Source: Blepharisma stoltei ATCC 30299
Taxonomy: Eukaryota > Protista > Ciliophora
Direction of reading: 5' to 3'
DNA: 64,000 nucleotides
Assembly: GCA_965603825.1 (NCBI GenBank)
Contig: CBFDEM010000044.1
Coordinates: forward strand, 248,001 to 312,000
Notes under the pieces: generated by a model
What the model was told of the DNA's origin: nothing
Seen by the model: the letters and a program-made list of their open reading frames with translations, nothing else
The model's database searches: none
Program-made: the position numbers and the translations under genes
Part shown: in pieces, positions 60,579 to 64,000 of the stretch
Numbering within the stretch: position 1 is the first letter of the stretch
Layout: the number at the start of each line of letters is the position of its first letter

Positions 60579-62879
60579 ATGAATCGTGGATCATTCAGAG
60601 CGCAACCTCCTTCTAACCAAGGCAGACATGTGCAAATAATAACAAACTTTTTCAGGCTCAGCAATACTCCTTCTGCAAATGTTGGTCTCTATTCCATAGA
60701 CTATTCTCCTAATGTCGACGATAATAATCGAAGCCTTCAATCCAAGCTCATCAAATCAGCTAAGCTTGACATTGAAGCACAGATAGGAGAAATTGTGAAA
60801 TCAGGGAACAACATTGCAGGACTGAGAATTCGTACTGAGCCTTTTACAGTTTTTGCAATGGGATTTGAAAAAAAGCAATACACTTTAGTGATTAGACTTG
60901 CAGGAACAGTGGGTTTAGACCATCCTCCAAGCTATAGAATGTATTGCAATAATATACTGAAGATGATGATGTTGAAAGACTTGAAATATATACAAATGAC
61001 GAGGCTTCCTGTGTTTTATGATAAGAGTAATATTGCTAATGTGCCGCAATATCAGCTTTCGGTCTATAGAGGATATTCAGCAAGCTTTTCTCACAATTCT
61101 GACCAAATGCTGCTGACAATAGATTTTTCAAGCAAAATTGTGCGTGATATGACTGCTTTGGACATGATGCTGGAGATTAGAAACAGTAACCAGCAGAATC
61201 TGAAGCAAGCTTTTGAGAGGCAAATGAAAGACACCTGGGTTATGACTAACTATGGAAACTTAAAGACCTATAGAATAGAAGGATTCGACTTCACTCAAAA
61301 CCCTTCCAGCAGCTTCAGAGGCAAAGATGGGCCTATTACCTATATTGAATACTATAAAAGAAATTATAAAATAGACATAAAAGACAAGAAACAGCCTCTA
61401 ATTCAAACTTCTATAAACAGAGGTCAAAAAGTAATTTTTCTTATACCTGAGCTATGCAAATTGACTGGAATCCCTGAAAGAATGAAAAAGAATTACAACG
61501 TCATGAGAGAATTAGCTCAGTACAACAAACCTGAGCCTCAAGAGCGTCTTAGTTCTATTCAAGATCTATCAGCTGAGCTCACAGGTGAAAAAGTCCAAGG
61601 AACATGCGAAAAATACAGCCTCAGTATAAACCCTGCACCTATCACAATGGAAGCCACTCTATTGCCAATGGAAAAAATCAGATTATTTAACCAAGAAATC
61701 TACCCAAACGACCAAGCCCAATTCAATATCCGAGGTAAGATTTTAAGCTCAGTCAATATTGAAAATTGGGTAGTTCTCTCAACTCAAAATGACAGCAATA
61801 TGAGAAACGAACTCATAAAAAGTTTGAAAAGATCAGCTCAATCTTTTGGTATAGAAATTGAAAGTCCTGCAGTAGTCACATACAACCAAAATAATTTAAA
61901 AAACGTCATTGAAGGCTTGAATGCGAGGGGAAATGAGGACTTACAAGTTGCTGTTATATTGCTCCCTAGAAGCTGGAGCTATAAGTATCATGAGATTAAA
62001 GCAGCTGCCTGCTTGAACTCAGGAGTTGTGACACAAGTTGTGTTAGTAGAGACACTGAATAACCAGAAAAGGTTTGAGCAAATAGTGCAAAAAATAATGC
62101 TCCAAATTGCTGCAAAGACAGGATCAGACTTGTGGGGAGTAACACCAGCCCAAAATGTGGCGAGAAGAAGCATGATTATTGGGATTGATGTCTTCCACGA
62201 TACTATTAACAGGCAAAATAGTGTCCTTGGGTTTATAGCATCGCTTAATGACCAATTTACTAAATACTACAACACTGTAAAAATCCATCCTTCAGGGAAA
62301 GAAATTGCAAACTCATTAGGCAGTTGTCTTGGGGATGCACTAACGGCTTACTATGAAAATACTAAGAGAAGCTATCTACCAGATCATATCATTATATACA
62401 GAGACGGAGTGGGTGATACAATGTTCGATGCTGTGAGACTAAACGAAATCGAAGGGATGAAAGAAGCGATACGCAATTTTCAAGGCTATATTCCGAATCT
62501 CACATATATAATTGTGAATAAAAGGATCAGTGCTAAGCTATTCACTCAAGTGCGTGGAGAAATCAAAAGTGCTCAGCCAGGAACACTTGTGAATAGCGTC
62601 ATTGTACCTGACCAAAATTCATTTTACCTTGTAGCTCATTCTTCTGGGCAAGGAATGGCTGTGCCTGCATTGTATAGAGTGATTTACAATGATTCTCAAA
62701 CAAGTGTAACAACTTTTGCAAGACTGGCATTTAAGCTTTGCTATATGTATTATAATTGGACTGGAGGGATCAAAGTTCCAGCTCCAACTATGATGGCACA
62801 TAAGCTAGCTTATATTGTTGGCCAAAGCATTCATCACGATTATTTGGAATCTCTCAAGACATCTTCATTTTTCTATTAG
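60579..62879 (+). CDS. PIWI-clade Argonaute
   Basis: PAZ (TNYGNLKTYRI...QPLI...LIPELC.LTG), MID, and PIWI domain with GIDVFH, KEI, YRDGV, YNWTG.IKVPAP...AHKLA, SFFY end. Confidence 0.95.
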   Translation: MNRGSFRAQPPSNQGRHVQIITNFFRLSNTPSANVGLYSIDYSPNVDDNNRSLQSKLIKSAKLDIEAQIGEIVKSGNNIAGLRIRTEPFTVFAMGFEKKQYTLVIRLAGTVGLDHPPSYRMYCNNILKMMMLKDLKYIQMTRLPVFYDKSNIANVPQYQLSVYRGYSASFSHNSDQMLLTIDFSSKIVRDMTALDMMLEIRNSNQQNLKQAFERQMKDTWVMTNYGNLKTYRIEGFDFTQNPSSSFRGKDGPITYIEYYKRNYKIDIKDKKQPLIQTSINRGQKVIFLIPELCKLTGIPERMKKNYNVMRELAQYNKPEPQERLSSIQDLSAELTGEKVQGTCEKYSLSINPAPITMEATLLPMEKIRLFNQEIYPNDQAQFNIRGKILSSVNIENWVVLSTQNDSNMRNELIKSLKRSAQSFGIEIESPAVVTYNQNNLKNVIEGLNARGNEDLQVAVILLPRSWSYKYHEIKAAACLNSGVVTQVVLVETLNNQKRFEQIVQKIMLQIAAKTGSDLWGVTPAQNVARRSMIIGIDVFHDTINRQNSVLGFIASLNDQFTKYYNTVKIHPSGKEIANSLGSCLGDALTAYYENTKRSYLPDHIIIYRDGVGDTMFDAVRLNEIEGMKEAIRNFQGYIPNLTYIIVNKRISAKLFTQVRGEIKSAQPGTLVNSVIVPDQNSFYLVAHSSGQGMAVPALYRVIYNDSQTSVTTFARLAFKLCYMYYNWTGGIKVPAPTMMAHKLAYIVGQSIHHDYLESLKTSSFFY

Positions 62880-63152
62880 GCTAAATAACTTTTATTTATA
62901 AACTCTGGCTTTTCATTAAATAATAAAAATAAATACAAGTAAAGTTTTTAAACAAATATTATTCTTAGATAAAAATCTTAATAATAGCAGATATATAAAT
63001 CTACCTTATTTTCTTAAGCTAACTTGATGCTTCACAAGAAGAATTATTAATAAGAAAGATGCCCATTTAACTATGCTTAAAGCAGTTCCAAAATCTCTAT
63101 AGAAGACACGTAGCAAATTCAATAACTTTTAAAAATTTGCAATAAATTATAA

Positions 63153-64000
63153 ATGGAAGAAGAGGAAAAGAAAAATAAACCTTCAGACTCTGATTTTAAA
63201 CAGCAGCGAATAAAAGCATGAAAATTAACTCCATCAAACACTTCATTGGGAATTATTTATATTGCTATGGGAGTATTCTTTGTAACCTTTGGAGCAGTTT
63301 ATTTGTATGAATCTAGCGAAGTAATAGAAGTTGCCAAACGCTATGATAATCTCGATGAATGCAAAGCTGACTGAAAAAACCCAAAAACTTGCATTATAGA
63401 AATGGATATTTCAGAGCACATGGAATCTCCTATCTTTATCTATTACGAAATCAATAACATGTATCAAAATCACCGAAAATACAATAAATGCCGCGATATA
63501 AATCAGCTTATGGGAGAAGACCAATCGAAAAGCGAGATTTCTTCATATTGTGAGCCGGTTGTAACAATGAAAGATCTAGGGCTTATCACAAATTTGTCTG
63601 AAGAAGTTGAAATTGCAAACCCATGTGGGCTAGTAGCAAAGTCATATTTTAACGATACTTTTTTGCTGATGCCACCTGCAGACAGTCCTAAAGATATTAT
63701 TGAGGTAAAACATGATGATATTTCATGGTGGGTGGACAGACATGAAAAATTCAAGAGAAATGAGCACTGGGAAACTGTTCAGTGGACTGATGTAGAAAAT
63801 GGTAATTAACATGTAGAACATTTTATCAATTGAATGAGCACGGCTGGATTGCCAACTTTTAGGAAACTCTGGGGGAGAATTGAACATGATTTAGATAGTG
63901 GGAAATACCGAATGCAGATTACTAATAATTATGATATCAGTTCTTTTAGCGGAGAAAAAGGTATCATAATTACTACTCATTCAATTTTTGGAGGGAAGTT
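63153..64000 (+). CDS. CDC50/LEM3 P4-ATPase flippase beta subunit (3'-partial); intron 63802-63816
   Basis: FKQQRIKA(W), YYEINNMYQNHRKY, NPCGLVAKSYFNDTF, N|EHFIN(W)MSTAGLPTFRKLWG. Confidence 0.93.
63802..63816 (+). other. 15-nt intron GTAATTAACATGTAG
   Basis: GT..AG, A10, in-frame TAA; removal restores the conserved NEHF. Confidence 0.92.

Overview
Eukaryotic, very gene-dense, AT-rich DNA, almost certainly from a heterotrich ciliate macronucleus. Blepharisma is the best fit. TGA is read as Trp (it falls on conserved Trp positions in RBX1, cullin, CDPK, importin-alpha, CDC50 and piggyBac), only TAA/TAG terminate genes, and introns are 15 nt with an invariant A at position 10. The supplied ORF track uses the wrong code, so it fragments many genes and misses several. 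Retranslated by hand, the window holds about 40 protein genes and two probable pseudogenes. Highlights: (1) an intact, TIR-less piggyBac-family transposase with a complete DDD triad and C-terminal Cys-rich domain, a candidate domesticated IES excisase; (2) a divergent cullin immediately followed by a hidden divergent RBX1, with a divergent Skp1 15 kb away; (3) a 7TM GPCR-PIP kinase fusion head-to-head with a CDPK; (4) a PIWI with an intact DEDH tetrad; (5) a CLC channel with Cys in place of the gating Glu; (6) a truncated globin lacking the proximal His; (7) eight 15-nt introns, one of them GC-AG; (8) strong gene-specific avoidance of UGA-Trp. No rRNA, tRNA, CRISPR array or telomeric repeat was recognised. 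All family assignments come from motif recognition, not database searches.
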